A stretch of DNA of 60,977 bases, the filler included, from Hausera hauseri (taxonomy: Eukaryota), in NCBI GenBank assembly GCA_046269625.1. It is 12 parts of 12 records of this genome, joined end to end, with 100 filler letters (N's around TTAATTAATTAA, not from the genome) between each part and the next. Parts side by side here need not be neighbours in the genome. Positions count along the whole stretch, not along the records: positions 9,304 to 14,777 come from JBJURY010246627.1; positions 14,878 to 18,950 come from JBJURY010780203.1; positions 19,051 to 23,067 come from JBJURY010817086.1; positions 23,168 to 30,489 come from JBJURY010022564.1; 8 more parts are not named here. One strand, written 5' to 3'. Below are positions 12,301 to 26,100 of the stretch, piece by piece. Each line of letters starts with the position of its first letter. Position 1 is the first letter of the stretch. The notes beneath the pieces were generated by a model. The model searched no databases, was not told the origin of the DNA, and was given only the letters and a program-made list of their open reading frames with translations. Both the position numbers and the translations under genes were made by a program.

Positions 12301-14568
12301 GCCTATGGAGCTACATATCTTATCGACATTAAGGCAGATGTGAGACGACCAATTGTAACATTCTCATTTGACAAATTTGACTTTGGCCATTGTTTTGTGT
12401 TCCGTGCCGGGATGCAACCATTATCTACACAACTTGTCATTCAAAATCGCGACTCGAAATCCAGTGCACAGAAACCAGTGAATATCGAATGTCTAACTGA
12501 GTCCAATGACGTCATCATGCACAATTTTCAACCAAAGGTCATTTCTCCTGGTTCGTCAGTTACCATGGAAATAACATTCCTTCCTCGACATGCCCAACGT
12601 TACTCAGAAACATTGCTATTCGAGATCAATGGAATGTCCCGCTACATCGTAACAATTACTGGCCATTGCGAGGACCTGAAATTAGAGGCCATTGGTCTAT
12701 CGCACCACACTTTATCATTAGGAATGTTGAAGGTCGGAGAGAATATTTCAAAAAGTGTAGTTGTCGTCAATAAAAATCATGTTCCCATAACTGCAAAGGT
12801 GCTCTTTTCTCCAACTTGCGAAGAATTGCAGGAACGGGGAGTTTTCAAACTAATCCCACTGGAAAATGACATTACCATATCACCGGGGAAGAGTAACGCA
12901 ATGACCGTTCATGTTCATTTTTCCCCAAATCGTCGAATATCAAAGTTTACCGAGGAAGTATATTTTGAAGTATTCGGTGTGTCCTTGCCGGTATTTTTCA
13001 TCACCGGTGGTTGTCAGGCCCATGACATTCGATTGGATCTGGAGTCTATCTCGTTCGGTCTCGTCACAAAGGGCAGTCAGGTTACTCGAAAGTGTTTGAT
13101 GACGAATTACGGTGATATCGGGGCAAAGTTTACGTGGAATGCTGATGCCTTTAAACCTGATTTCTCCATTAAACCTTTAACCGGTTATATTTCTCCTGGA
13201 ATGGAAATTGTCTTCGACATTGTCTTTCATCCAATTAAGGCAGCACCAGATATTCGCTATGATGTAATAATTTCGTTTGACTGCGATAAATAAAATTGAC
13301 GAAAAATTTGCAACAACATTCGTAAAAATTTTCTCAATGACAAACCAAAAATTTTCACATGAGTTAATTCATTTAATCAACACAGAAATTTAAATTTAAA
13401 ATTTAAATTTTGGTTTGTCATTGACATATGAATATTGTGAGTGACAAATCCCCAGTCAATTCTATGATTGTATTTAATATTTAACAGTGTTGCCTATGTT
13501 GCCAGTGGCGTAGCAAAGGTTGTGCGGCAGGTGCTATTTGAAATTTGAAATTAATAGTTCAATTTTATTGATTGATTATTTGTCTAACTTATGTAGATTA
13601 AAATTTATTAATGGCAACCGTAAATAACTGTTGTTTTCAATTTGATCATTTATGGCGTAGGTCACAAAACTTTTCAATTTTTGCAGAATCTGGAATGTTT
13701 AATCGAAGGTTGGAAACCATTAAAATTGGTCTTAACTGGAGTCTGTCAGACTGTTGTACCTGTCAAAGAGACCCTTAATTTCACTGTCTGTGTTCGGCAG
13801 CATGAATCCAAATCAATCAAAATCAATAACAACACCAACGGAACATGGTCGTTGAAGCCGATTATTGAAGGTGAACACTGGACGGGAGCAGAAACGTTTG
13901 TCATTGAGCCACAGCAAACAAAGGCGTACGACATCACGTTTAGACCGTTGATCATGACGCAGGATGGAAAGAAGCATCAAGGTTATTACAATTGAATACT
14001 GATCGATCGATAAATCCCGATAGGGTCAGTATTCATTGCTCTACCAGATGGTACTGCCCTCATGTACAACCTCAGTGGCACTTCAGATCCGCCAAAGGCT
14101 GTTGCTAAAATTAATCGAGAGTTACCAGCAAAAACAACGTTTACCGAATTACTCGAAGTTCAGAATTGGTTAAAGCGGCCACAGAGATTCAAAGTATTGA
14201 AAGAAGTGACCAAACCAGAAAAATCAGATTCCGGAGTAGTGCTGAAAGGTTTCGACTATGTTGATGTGCCTGGTGGGATATCGAAAATGTACAAATTCAC
14301 ATTCGCTGCACAGAAGGAGGGTTTAGTTCAACTGAAGGTGACATTCATCAATGAAACAACTGGCGAGTACCAGTTCTATGAAATGATCATGAAGGCGACT
14401 AAACCGACAAGTACGCAACTCATTCAACTGACGAGCCCGGTGCGGCAGTCTGTTTCTCATTCGATAACATTGGAGAACAATTTGAATGTTCCTGTGACCT
14501 ACCAGATAAATAGTACGTCACAGGATATTCATTGTGCCAGTTCGTTCCAGGTTTTGCAGCAATCAAAG
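9380..14568 (+). CDS. HYDIN: Hydin (axonemal central-pair protein), internal multi-exon part with ASH/Ig-like repeats
   Basis: IGEGYDDFVTFDNL, WNDSKKTMKWVD, KKKVIETEPEP, PFCHFELIESDY, ESFWKFEVPE, GDIGAKFTW, NWLKRPQRFKV. Exons join in frame across GT-AG introns 9468-9509 (ambiguous, in frame without a stop), 9662-9706, 10139-10413, 10473-10513, 10724-10775, 10978-11065, 11483-11523, 13264-13686 and 13982-14023. No in-frame stops. Confidence 0.93.
10171..10354. mobile_element. MITE-like element in a HYDIN intron
   Basis: Imperfect TIRs AAAATGGGAAGTCTGCACCACCCCC / GGGGGTGATACAGACTTCGATTTT. The ATCGAT/TGCA-rich core is shared with 33731-33795. Confidence 0.6.
13334..13424. repeat. Short foldback (mini-MITE) in a HYDIN intron
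   Basis: Perfect 17-bp inverted repeat TCAATGACAAACCAAAA / TTTTGGTTTGTCATTGA. Confidence 0.6.
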
Positions 14569-15099
14569 GTATATATGTGTTTTGTAATTCGAGTATTGAT
14601 TTATCGACACTTCTGGAATAAGTAATAAAAATGCTATGCTCCTATTACTACTACTGACAACTGTCCAAGTGTAATTTGTGATTCTTTTAATATAGACATG
14701 AGCAAGTAATCATAATAATGAACAGCCCTGAAGTAATAATATTATCTGTTGTAAACTGCCCCTTCTCTATGAATGTGNNNNNNNNNNNNNNNNNNNNNNN
14801 NNNNNNNNNNNNNNNNNNNNNTTAATTAATTAANNNNNNNNNNNNNNNNNNNNNNNNNNNNNNNNNNNNNNNNNNNNACATCCTTTCATCGGAATCTCGA
14901 TATTTGTGAATCTGTAGAAACTTTCCCAACAATTTCGGTGGAAGATGTTTAATTACATTCCACGACTGTTGAAAATAATCGCATCTTGTCTGACATGGAA
15001 AAGGTTACGAAGAAGATCGTTCGAAGGAATGGAAAAGCCACGAAGCAATTGAAATCAACGGGTTCCCCCGACTTTTGAAATCACAATTGGTTCCCCGGC

Positions 15100-18000
15100 A
15101 ATTTCATAGCCGTTACCGTAGGATCGAGAGGCCGGCCATAAACCCTATACCAGTGGGCTCTTCTCCACCGTTCTTGTTGTTTGGACTTCACTTGCTAGGG
15201 CCTTTAACACTCCTCATTTTCCTTTTTACTAAATAACTGCCAAATATTAATACACACGGTACTTACACAAATTTGTACAACGCTTTACTAACCTCCGATT
15301 TTTTCCTTACCCTTAATAATTTACTACTAGTTAACGCTAATGTTCACAAACTTTCCTTTCCTTCAACCCCACATCTCGTTATCCATGTACACATTCGTAT
15401 TCGTGGTGACATGGATTCTTCCTATACAATTGATACAACGCACTACACCTATACCACACCATCCAACATGATTACTTTTACTACTATTCCCCCGCGATCT
15501 AAAAACGCTCCTTCCCAATGCACAGATTATTTTATAGACCATGAAAATTCAAGCAAACCATGGCTTAATTTTCATAAACTCTGGCTGAAGTCCAGTGGCA
15601 TTACTGATCCATCAGCCAAAGCTCATAGCTTACTTTGTCTCTTACTAATATCAGTAAAAACGTCTGTTCATGATTTGCTAGATATATTTCAACAATTTGA
15701 CCCATACACCCATCTATGTAATGCAGCATTAAAGCTTACGGAACCATCCATGAATTTTATTATCCACCGATTCTTCAATTACAATGCCATAGGTATGCAG
15801 AAACCGTCTGATTTTCTAAGAACCTCTCTAGCTCAATTGCAAACACTCGGTGTTACTAAACAACATAATGCAGACTTTTTACGACGCTACTTCCTAAACG
15901 CATTGTCCATCCAGATCCGAGCTTTACTTACCGTCGTCGAAGAATCGACAGCTCTTGACAAATTGGCCGATCCAGCAGATAAGGCATATGAAGTCCTGAA
16001 CCTACACGCACAGCCGTTAGCAACAATAATGAAACATTCGAACATCAATTAAACCAACTACGGGCTGAAAGTGCGACTTTACAAACAACAGTTAATAATA
16101 TTAATAATAGATTAAATAAAATTTCTCTGATATAACGAAGAGGCTTCGTAACTGACCGTAACCGTTCTGTATCCCGTGGCCGGTCATCTTCAACCGGACT
16201 ATCACTGATTTTCTATTATCACAATAAGTTTGATAATAAGGCACGAAAATGCCACCTAGGTGCAAATTTTATACCCAGAAATATTGTACAGATAACGTCG
16301 TTTGCATATATCATGCAAAATTCAGACATAATGCACGCAGATGCATTCCAGGTTGCACTTTTGAAAACAAACCCCATCATGCAAATGACTGACGCGCAAC
16401 ACTCCTTTCTAACAGCCGCCCTGGTTTTCTTCTTTCAAAAAACTAACTTCGCTGCCAGAACTTTCGGTAAACACTGGCGAAAGCAATTCTTCACTTTCTA
16501 ATAGCCGAAAAATTTCTTTCGCTGTGTTCACATTAAAGGCTTCTACCATCGCACCGATGCCTCAACATATAAACTTCCTTATCAACACAGGCGCAGCGAT
16601 ATCGCTTCTACCGGTCACGTTTTTCGTTCAAAACGTTACATCTAAAGTAGAATCTCTTTTCACAGCTTCGTGACGACCATTGCATGTTTCCGGAACTTCT
16701 AAACTTTCCTTCACCTTGCCACACTTCTCCTCCGTGTTTCATTGGACATTTGCAGTCGCAAATGTCCAGACTGCAATTCTTGGGTCCGATTTTCTGTGTC
16801 ACTACAATCTTTTGGTAGATTGTAAACAACGTTTTTTGTAAAGTACCTTCGATAAAAATCAAACCAAACAGATAAGTAATGTTTTAACCGTCGCACGGAC
16901 AAGTATCACAATTAAGTCAATTTTGAAAATGCCAGCTAATAAACCAGTTATTTCATATAATTACGATATATTTCGTAAATTAAGAAAATACGATAATGAC
17001 ATAGAACCAGGATTACACAGAGACAAGTGCGATTTCGTCACCAGAGTAAAAACATAGGGTAGATTCACTACCTCAGATTCATTCTCCAGCACACCCAGTT
17101 TACCTCAAATACTTCCAGATGTTGAGCCCCCGAATAAATTTTAAATTTCAACTATTAATGACACAACCATTTGGATCCCGTCTGATCTTCTACAATTGAC
17201 AAAAAATTGACAACAGTTTCTTAATTCGTCATGCACTTGCGTACTTAAAAAAGATGGGTCTTTTACACCAAAAAATTGCACTTTACACCACATTATTACA
17301 CAAAACCAAAGAACCATTCGATAAAAGGTACGACCATTATCGGCCAGACACAGACGGGCGGTTGAAGTCGAATTCGCCGACCTTGAATGCTCCAGAACTG
17401 TAGGTCGATCAAAGTCGCCATGGTCTTCTTCTCTCCATGTGGTGCAAAAAAGGAAGGATCGTGACGATCATGCGGCGATTACCAACAGCTTAATTCTTTG
17501 ACTATTACAGACGCGTACCCTTTACCATTGATAAAAGACATTACATTGTCTCAATTCCACCACTATCTATTCCACTACTGACTTGGCCAAAGCCTATTAC
17601 CAAATTCCTGTGGCACCTGAAGATATCAAAAACACAACCGTCACTACTCTTGGCCTTTACGAATATCTGTATATGCATTTCGGCCTGCGGAATGCTGCGC
17701 AGCCTTTTCCACAACACATCGATGCTATTCTTTCTGATTTCCCACATTCTCATCACTATATCAATGACATATTAATTGCTTCTTCTTCAACCCAGCAACA
17801 TGAAGAACACTTCAGATCGGATTTTCGTCGTTTACATCAGCATAACTTGCAGATCAATTTTGCAAAATGTCACTTTTTCCAAAAGCGTATAAATTTTCTT
17901 GATCATTTTATTTCTGCTGAAGATCACTCGCCTTAGCCCTATCGAGTTGAAGCCCTTAAAAACGTGCAGCTACCTCAAACAACAACAGAAATGAGAAGCT

Positions 18001-18950
18001 TTTTGGGAATTTTTCACTTCGTTCGCTAGTATGTGCCGTACTGCTCTGAACTTTCCGCACCATTTGCTCACTTAAGCAGCAGCAAAAAACATCAGCAAAT
18101 TCAGTAGACACCTGAACTAGTTGATAAGTTTGATAAGCTACGCGAAGGAATTAAGATCGTTGACATTTTCGGTTTCCCAAAGCCTGATGCGAAACTCATC
18201 CTTACTACAGACGCTTCAACCACTGTGGTAGGTGCTGTGCTTCATCAAATCCACAAAGGCGAAAATCAACTGCTAGAATGTTTCTCTCGTAAGCTAACAT
18301 CCCCTGAAACTAGATATTCAACGTTCGATCAAAAATTATTGGCCATCGTTCTCGCTTTAAAGCATTTCTCCCACCTACTTTTCGCCCGCCATTTTATCAT
18401 ACAGAACGATCACAAGCCCTTGCTAAACATCATGGCTATGAAACATCCTTCCTTACGACAAGAAAGACAGATATCATATTTTTTGACATTTAACTTTGAC
18501 ATAAAACATATCAACAGGGTTAATAATTTGGTTGCCGATTTCTTATCTAGGACGGTTGGTTCGATTAATTTTTCACCAATCTTCAAGCAAGTACAACTTC
18601 AACAGTACCAGCCACCTGAGGACATGCTTAATTCTTTTAAGTTTTGCACAGTTGTTGACGGCGTGGCTGTAGACACTTCCAAACCAGGTCATTACGTAAT
18701 AATTATCTCACCACCTTTACAACGACAAGCGTTTAACAGTATACATTCGCTACATCACCCTGGCGCTAAAGCCACCTTTCGTTTATTCCACCGATAAGTA
18801 ATTTGGCCGTCAATGCGTTCCGATGTGCAAACCTGGATTAAGGAGTGCGTGACATGCCAAAAATACAAAATAACTAAGCATTTAAAGTCACCACTATTCC
18901 ACTTCCCATGCACATAGCGTTTCTAATCCGTGCATATTGACATCGTCGAC
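15100..18950 (+). mobile_element. Degenerate Ty3/Gypsy LTR retrotransposon, CsRn1-like, copy B (UBL-gag, PR, RT, RNase H, start of IN)
   Basis: Gag ORF 15273-16052; twin CHCC 16210-16362; protease FLINTGAAISLL; RT DLAKAYYQIPV...FGLRNAAQ...YINDILIAS; RNase H LTTDAS...NDHKPL; IN HHCC HSLHHPG...CVTCQKYK. Confidence 0.93.
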
Positions 18951-19183
18951 NNNNNNNNNNNNNNNNNNNNNNNNNNNNNNNNNNNNNNNNNNNNTTAATT
19001 AATTAANNNNNNNNNNNNNNNNNNNNNNNNNNNNNNNNNNNNNNNNNNNNCTAAGAAGAGCTCAGAAAGATTCCTTGAAGCCTGTTCCAGCTTCAGGCTT
19101 AACACACAAGATGGGGAAAACATAAATCGCGCACCAACCAACTCCTGGTAAAATTTATATGGAGTCAACCCTCAGATCTGGAA

Positions 19184-19440
19184 TTGTGGTACCCTAATGG
19201 TTATTCGCTAGCCAATCATATTGCTGGGGGTTTAATCCCAGATGTGGCGGTTTGAATATGTTTGCACGAAAACCTGTTCCACGGACCCATCCAGGCTCAG
19301 AACATTGGTATCAGAGAAATTGTGTGAGACAGTTAAAAGCGGCCTGGCGTTATGCCGAAAACACAACTCAAATACGTGCCGTTGGTCAATATAAATTCTG
19401 ATACTAACACCAGATTCCCTTATACGATTCTAGTTGTGAA
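19184..19440 (+). mobile_element. Possible tRNA-derived SINE remnant
   Basis: A-box-like TGGTACCCTAATGG and B-box-like GGTTTAATCCC at tRNA spacing. It follows a short RTE-like fragment at about 19060-19170. Confidence 0.35.
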
Positions 19441-20029
19441 CCATTACTACCATCAGAGTAAGTGCAGAGAAACCGAAAATTGTTAATTGATTAACATGCC
19501 GTGGTAGTACACGTTCTCAGAACATTGCTAATGAGGCTAACACAAGGAACTTCAAAGCCACGGGCTGCATTTTTGACAGAATATACATTCATGTCTGGCA
19601 CATAAGTCTACAGATAAAGCTAATGACATGCTGAGCGGCAGTGGTTCCAGTGTTGCTGTAAGCATGATAAACAGACTTAACATAAATGCCACACAGCAAG
19701 AAATACAACTTCCATACAGCGTGTCTCAGAAAGGTTATAGAAATCAATCAAGGACCAAAAAAAAAAAAAATCACATATACTGCTGTTCTTGCTCCCGCAT
19801 TCCATACAATCCTGAAGCAGTCACAAAATCCTTGGAAGGTCACGTAGTTTGCATGGTAGACGATCGCTGACAGAAATGTTTTTAAATGGAGAGTGGTAAA
19901 CTTTTATAGTGGTCAATAAAAGCACTTTACAGATACACTAAATAATTTTACATGAACACTGAATCATGAGTAGCAAATGGCAGAACTACATTGGAACATC
20001 TCTATGAAAGGGTGCAAACTGATCTTAGG

Positions 20030-20700
20030 CATATAGAAAAATAGGCAATGGGACCCTGAAGACATGTAACGTTATCTACAAACATTGTCTATTCAAACAT
20101 GGACGAACATAGCCGCAAACATGTCTATTTCATATGGATAATAAGTTCCTTCAGATGGCAGATGTAATACGGAAATCATATGCAGAATTGCACAGGCACA
20201 GCATTTCAGAAAATGATAAAGCATATTATGTACGACAGATCTGTCATTACCATTGAGAAAGAGAGTCCTGTAGTGATATATCGAAACCATACTAAAGTAT
20301 AGCTGCGAATTTTGGACATTCAGTGAAAAATTGGAACGTTCTTTAAAAACAACGGAGATGTGGTTTCTCAGAAGAATGTTGAAAATCACTTGGACAGCAA
20401 AGAGAACAAATGAAGATGTTTTACAAGAAGCAGACACAGAAAGAACGCTTGTCAGTAAGATCAGAAGAAGACAAACATCCATAATTGGCCACTTTTTAAG
20501 AAGAGAAGGTCTCGAAAACTTTGTCATCACGGACGAAATACCAGAAAATAGAAGCTGTGGACGGCAAAGAATAAACTATCTGGAAGGTGTGCAAGAATGG
20601 CTCGAAGCAGGTTAAGAGCAGAGATTACTTGGGACTTTCGCGAGAAATGGAGATCCATGACGGCCTACGCTTTACAGAATGGCACCTGTTGATGATAAAT
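20030..20700 (+). mobile_element. RTE-clade LINE 3' fragment
   Basis: ILKYSCEFWTFSEKLERSLKTTEMWFLRRMLKITWTAKRTNEDVL...IIGHFLRREGLE...RSCGRQRINYL is typical of the RTE ORF C-terminus. Confidence 0.85.
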
Positions 20701-20789
20701 CAGTATCTCTAGTTTTTGATTAAATTTGCATACGAGCTCAACCCTGACCGCTTCTTAAACAGATATGGGGGAATGTCTACGCTTGCAGA

Positions 20790-21850
20790 AGGAGACATGT
20801 AAAATTCAGCCAAATTTGTGAGAGAGTCTTCAACAAAATCAAGTCTTCTTCCTAAAGGTGTTTGCGATCGTATCTCACCATACATTTTCTAGACAGTAGG
20901 ATACAGCATGTTCTGCAAGATAACATTCTATCCAGTCCCTACAATTTTTCTGCAGGTGTGCCACAAATATCAATTTTAGGTCCTCTCCTATTTAATTAGT
21001 TTGTTAATGATTGCCTTTGACTCCAGATGATTGACTTATGTTTGCTGATGACACAACTCAAACGGTCGCAGTAGAGAACATTCAAGTTGTCGAGCACTTT
21101 TACATCAGCAGTTGAACACTTTACATAGCTGGTGTAAAATAAACAAAATGTTCATAATAGCCAACAAGACTAAATCTCTAATTATTTCAATACGTCAGAA
21201 AAGTAAAAGCTGTCAAACACAACAACTGCAAATAACGTTGGAAGATACAGCTATTGCTGAAGTTTCAGAACATGCTTTACTATGTGTAACTGTTGCTCAA
21301 TCATTTAGCTGGAAGCCCCATGTCAACTCACTAGCCAGCAAGCTATACTAAAAACTATATCAGCTACGACAAATTAAAACCTTCTTAAATGTCAACACAA
21401 GGCTCACTTTCTATATGCGCAAAATTAAAGTCATCTTGCTTACTGTTCTAATGTATGTGGCGCAGTACCTTGAAACTCTTAGAATCCATAGAAAAGAGAG
21501 GTCATCGTACTGTGTGTTTGAGTTAAAATATTCGCAGTTGTGAATTATTCTAAAAGTCAATTATTCTTCCTGTTAAAAAAATCGTTATTTTTCATTATCT
21601 CTTATTTGTCCATCAGATCTTGTATAATAGGAAACCAGGCTATTTACAGCAGTTTCTTAAACTGAAAACATGCCCATATTCTATCCGTAATGAGCTGTTG
21701 TTAGATCTTTCCAACCTCGCACAGATCTCTTCCGCAACAGCTTCGGCTATGTTGCTGCTTTAACCTCGAACAGTTTACCAAATTCATTCAAATCTAAAAA
21801 TTATGCATTATTCAAAGAGAAACTCTGTTTACATATTACAGAATTATAAC
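20790..21850 (+). mobile_element. CR1/L2-type LINE reverse-transcriptase fragment, degenerate
   Basis: GVPQISILGPLLF, MFADDT, LHSWCKINKMFIIANKTKSL and FSWKPHVNSL, broken by stops and frameshifts. Confidence 0.85.
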
Positions 21851-21959
21851 ATGCTTGCGTTTGTATGGAAATAGCATTTATGTATGTATTACACTGTGAT
21901 TAGTGTCCTGTTGTTGATCATAAAATTCCAGGTTGTTGTCATCAGTGCCACACAGAAGA

Positions 21960-22400
21960 AACTTTTCATTATCTAAAGATCGCAAATTATCGGCGTTGGG
22001 TGGCACGTGTTGCTTTGGTTTCTGTAACAAACGCGGGCGCATCAAAATCATTTTTATAGCCATGGCTTAAAACCCAGCACGCCTTTCAGCACGTTCAATA
22101 TAGGGCCCAATAAAGCACCTATGAATACGCCTTGTAGTATCTGTTTCCACTTTTCGATCGAAATCTTCACCTTTTGGTGAAGGTTCGCAGACCCGTTTTG
22201 TAACGAGGCAAACGATTATTCTGATCCTTAGTGAGGGGAACGTTACCTTTTAACACACTGTACAAAGATACGCAAACACGGAAACAAGATTCGCGGACGT
22301 TGGTTTCAAAACAGCCTTGACCGCGGCTGGACTAGCCTCGCTCAAGACTCGCAACAATTCACCATGTTGCATCATTTTCTCTGCAATGTTACTTCGGGGC
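21960..22400 (-). pseudogene. Two small conserved Polinton/adintovirus genes downstream of the ATPase (PX-like and start of PW-like)
   Basis: LLRVLSEASPAAVKAVL...VLKGNVPLTKDQNNRLPRYKTGLR...KQILQGVFIGALLGPILNVL (QGGF.GALL.P-type motif), then MAIKMILMRPRLL...LRSLDNE. Confidence 0.6.
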
Positions 22401-22890
22401 ATAAACAGTATGATGGTTGTGAGGAAAAATAGCGCCGTGTAACTGCAAATGGTCTGGTGTTTCCTGATGAAGATCAAGTAACAAATAACCGTGACTTTTT
22501 GATTTTGCGTCTTTAAAACGTTCTTGTAGATATGAAACTCGACCCGGTACGTTTGTTTGGCCAAGTTGGTAATCTGGGAGCCGTCTTAGAGATTTTTAAA
22601 AAGAACAATGTAATGGGAATTTAAGCTTATAGTCCGTTGTTCCTTATTTTTACCAAAGAGGTTTTGGACAATGTACACGATGCTGAGATTCCGGTGGTGG
22701 CTACCTTTGGTAAATAATTTGGTTACTCGGTAGTCGGTTTCGGAAATTAGATCGTCTATAACTACTTAACGTCTCCTGTCCCCTCGCATTTGTTCCACGT
22801 CAGGAAGACCTTCATTAAATTGGACGCCCTTCATGTTTTCGTACATTGGTTGCCACTCCCCGTAACACGATATAATCTTCTCTGGGTCGT
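22400..22890 (-). pseudogene. Polinton/adintovirus packaging ATPase (FtsK-HerA/A32-like), C-terminal part
   Basis: EKIISCYGEWQPMYE..., a Walker-B-like IDDL, LFTKGSHHRNLSIVYIVQNLFGKNKEQRTISLNSHYIVLFKN, QITNLAKQ. Confidence 0.85.
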
Positions 22891-23167
22891 ATCGGGTCGC
22901 TATCGGTCGTAAAGGAATGTTTCCGCCTAGGATCCATATCAGCTAATGTTCCAGGTAGTGAGCAAGCAGGGCCTTCCTATTGTTCTTATCTGTCCTCTGC
23001 CATGTACGGTCTGCATTCTGGAAATCAGGGATGCCCCTGCGTTTGGCCGAACTGTTCATAGTTTTGTNNNNNNNNNNNNNNNNNNNNNNNNNNNNNNNNN
23101 NNNNNNNNNNNTTAATTAATTAANNNNNNNNNNNNNNNNNNNNNNNNNNNNNNNNNNNNNNNNNNNN

Positions 23168-26100
23168 AGATGGAGAACAGACGGTTAATATGATTGCAAA
23201 CAATGCATGAATTTGATTTGGATGTGACGTGTTGAACGCGTCATTAATGTATACATGCCAGTGTGGGTCGTTCTCCAATAAATTCAGAGCTTGATATGCA
23301 CTACGAAAAGTGGCATGTATAACGCGGTTGACAATTCTTAATTGCTGCAAAGACGCTGGACCGGGAACATTTACCAACAACATGCGAAGAAAGAAGCATT
23401 CATCTTGATTTGGATGCACGGTGTACAGTCTGCCTATCGTAGTTTCTCTGAATATGCCAGGTTGTCCGTGGACTCGCGCTCCTCGTTTGCGTCGTTCAAA
23501 TGATTTTCTACTTTCATACCATATGTAATTCGTAAGCCCTTCCGAATATAGCAATGTTTTCGCAAACGCGTCATTTTGACATAACGTGGAGAAAGCAGTT
23601 AACGTTGTAGCCGGTGGATTCAGTTCTATTGGTTGCACATGTGCAGCTGTGAAATAAACGCGTTGTCCATTTTCTAGATGTACTGCTAAGTGAACAACAT
23701 CTGGACTTCGTTCATGTATGGGAAATAAAAGAATTCGTCATACAGCTTCATTGCTGCTTATGTATCATACAGTCTTATACTGTGCAATTTCACCGATATG
23801 TATGACTGCATCCCTATCACATTTTTCTGGCTGCACGCCAAAAACTGCCATATCGCTGCCTTTATTCAAGTACTTACAAACGTATTTGACAGATTTAACG
23901 GAGTTACAGTATTCCACGTTTATGTGCGCTTTGTATGATTTTGATAGCAAAGGTGAATATAAACCAACGGTCCAGTTATCTACTTCGATATCACCGTTTC
24001 GCAATTGTATGGTTGCTAATTTACCGCCATCTTCTGCTGATCTTCTTCTGTATAACAGATATCCATTGTTTTTTGTAACTGTGTTGGATAATAATGCTCG
24101 AGGATATCGCTTAGGGCATTTTCCGTCTATCATGCATGGTGAATTTGGATTCAGTGTACCGCAAAGTTCATGTATCATAGTTTTCGTCACAACTTCATGC
24201 AAATCCTTATCGACGTCGGCATCGGGTACTTCAGCGCATATTACATCGTCAATTTCGTATGAAGAGCCAGATTAGTATGTGTGCTTGTGGCAATCCTCTC
24301 TTTTGCCATTCCACTGAGTACAACCAGCACCGTACAGACCCAAACACTTCATGTTTTACCATGAAATCCATCAGCAATTTCAGCTTCTGTCTGAAAACAC
24401 GTGCTGCGATGTCATACCTATCCATCGGCGATTGCTCAGGAAGTAAGAGTTGTTGTATATCTTCTCAAGCTGGATTGCATGTGAATGTAATGAATAGGTG
24501 TGGACGCCCATAGTGACAAACATACGCAATAGCATCTTGTGCGTACTCATGCATATGACGTGAACTGCCTATATATGAAGATGGTAAAATCAGTACTTTT
24601 CCAACATTAGTTGTATTCTTCAGATGGAAGCTTGGCCTCATTCAAACGGATGAATATCAAACGTTCTGTTTTGATTTTTGCATACATATCTACGACGTAT
24701 TGATGAAAACATTAATGGCATTTCAAAATGTGATTGTCTTCATTCTTTCCAATCATTAATCAGTATAAATAATAGATCATTGCGCCACATTTCTTATTTG
24801 TTTCTTCGCCACTAACTGGATTTATCATCTTAACGTTGAAGTGATATCTATCGGCACCATCCCGAAAATGATAGGATATTGCAAGGCATCGTAGCATTGA
24901 TGAGTTTCTGCAACTTCTGTCAACTGATCGTTTCTTCGATGAAGGACAATATCTATAGGTTGGAATTGATCTCCGACTATAACAACTGCCACGTCATCTA
25001 TAGTTGGAGCATTGAATCTTCGCACATGTTCTCCAGCAGGTGTTTTGTCAGTATGAATAACAATCTTGTGTGTATCAGATGGCATCACGTCAACTGCTGT
25101 TTTGGACAACCAACTAAATTGTTTTTTTTTCGTGAAGAAGCTCTACAGTTTGGAAACGATGGACCTTAGGGTGGTCCAAAATTTTTTTTGAAATTACGTC
25201 TGTATTGTGGGTAGATGTTTTACATTCATCATGACAATAAACCAATCAAAAAATCATTAGTTTTCGCCAGAATTTATTTGTTGCTCAAAGGACATGAAAT
25301 TTTATATGGTATCATTAATGCGATTTTACAGTCCTTTTTTACAAATTTACATCTGATGTCAACATTTGCTGAGAATCTATGCCATTCTATGGTTATTATA
25401 TCTCTGCAAATGACAATAAAGTTATTATCTACAAAAAGCAATCATCAAAGTCAGACAAAGTTCACAAAAACTATTAACGGTTCATGTCACAAGTCACAGC
25501 TAGTCTCAGTTCTGTAAAGTAGTCATTCTCAAATTACATGGGTGGTCAGTATCTGTTTGCTAAAGTCTGGAACCCGCTTTCTGTGATCTTCTACCACTTG
25601 AATTAGTCTTTGCATTTTACTTTCATTCTTGGGAATAGAGGTGTTGAAGTGTGACATTAGTGCTATTGAACGTTCAATAATATCGTGGACAACTTTAAGT
25701 GAATTGACAATGCGCTTGTTCTGGATGTACACATGTGAGTCATTCCAGATTTCTGGATCGGTTGTCATGATGAAACTCATGTCAAGATGTAGCAGCTGTA
25801 AAGTGTGTGCTGGTGCTGAACTAATCAGCTGGTGCAACTCTTTATTTTGTTGATCTGCACAGTTCGCAAGCCGGATGCCTAGTATGCTGACCTCTTGTCT
25901 ACATTGTTGCATTCGTTGAACAATTTGACGCTTTCCTCCACTGAAATCCTGTTGGAGGACAATGTCAGCTGAAGCAGCTCTAGGTAAACATACTACAAGT
26001 GGTTATCAAGTTTCTTCAGGGAAGCATCTGTCACAGCCTTGTTCATCTCAACATATTGATTGATGTTCCTAAGCAACAGCAAGTCATTAACAGCCGCATC

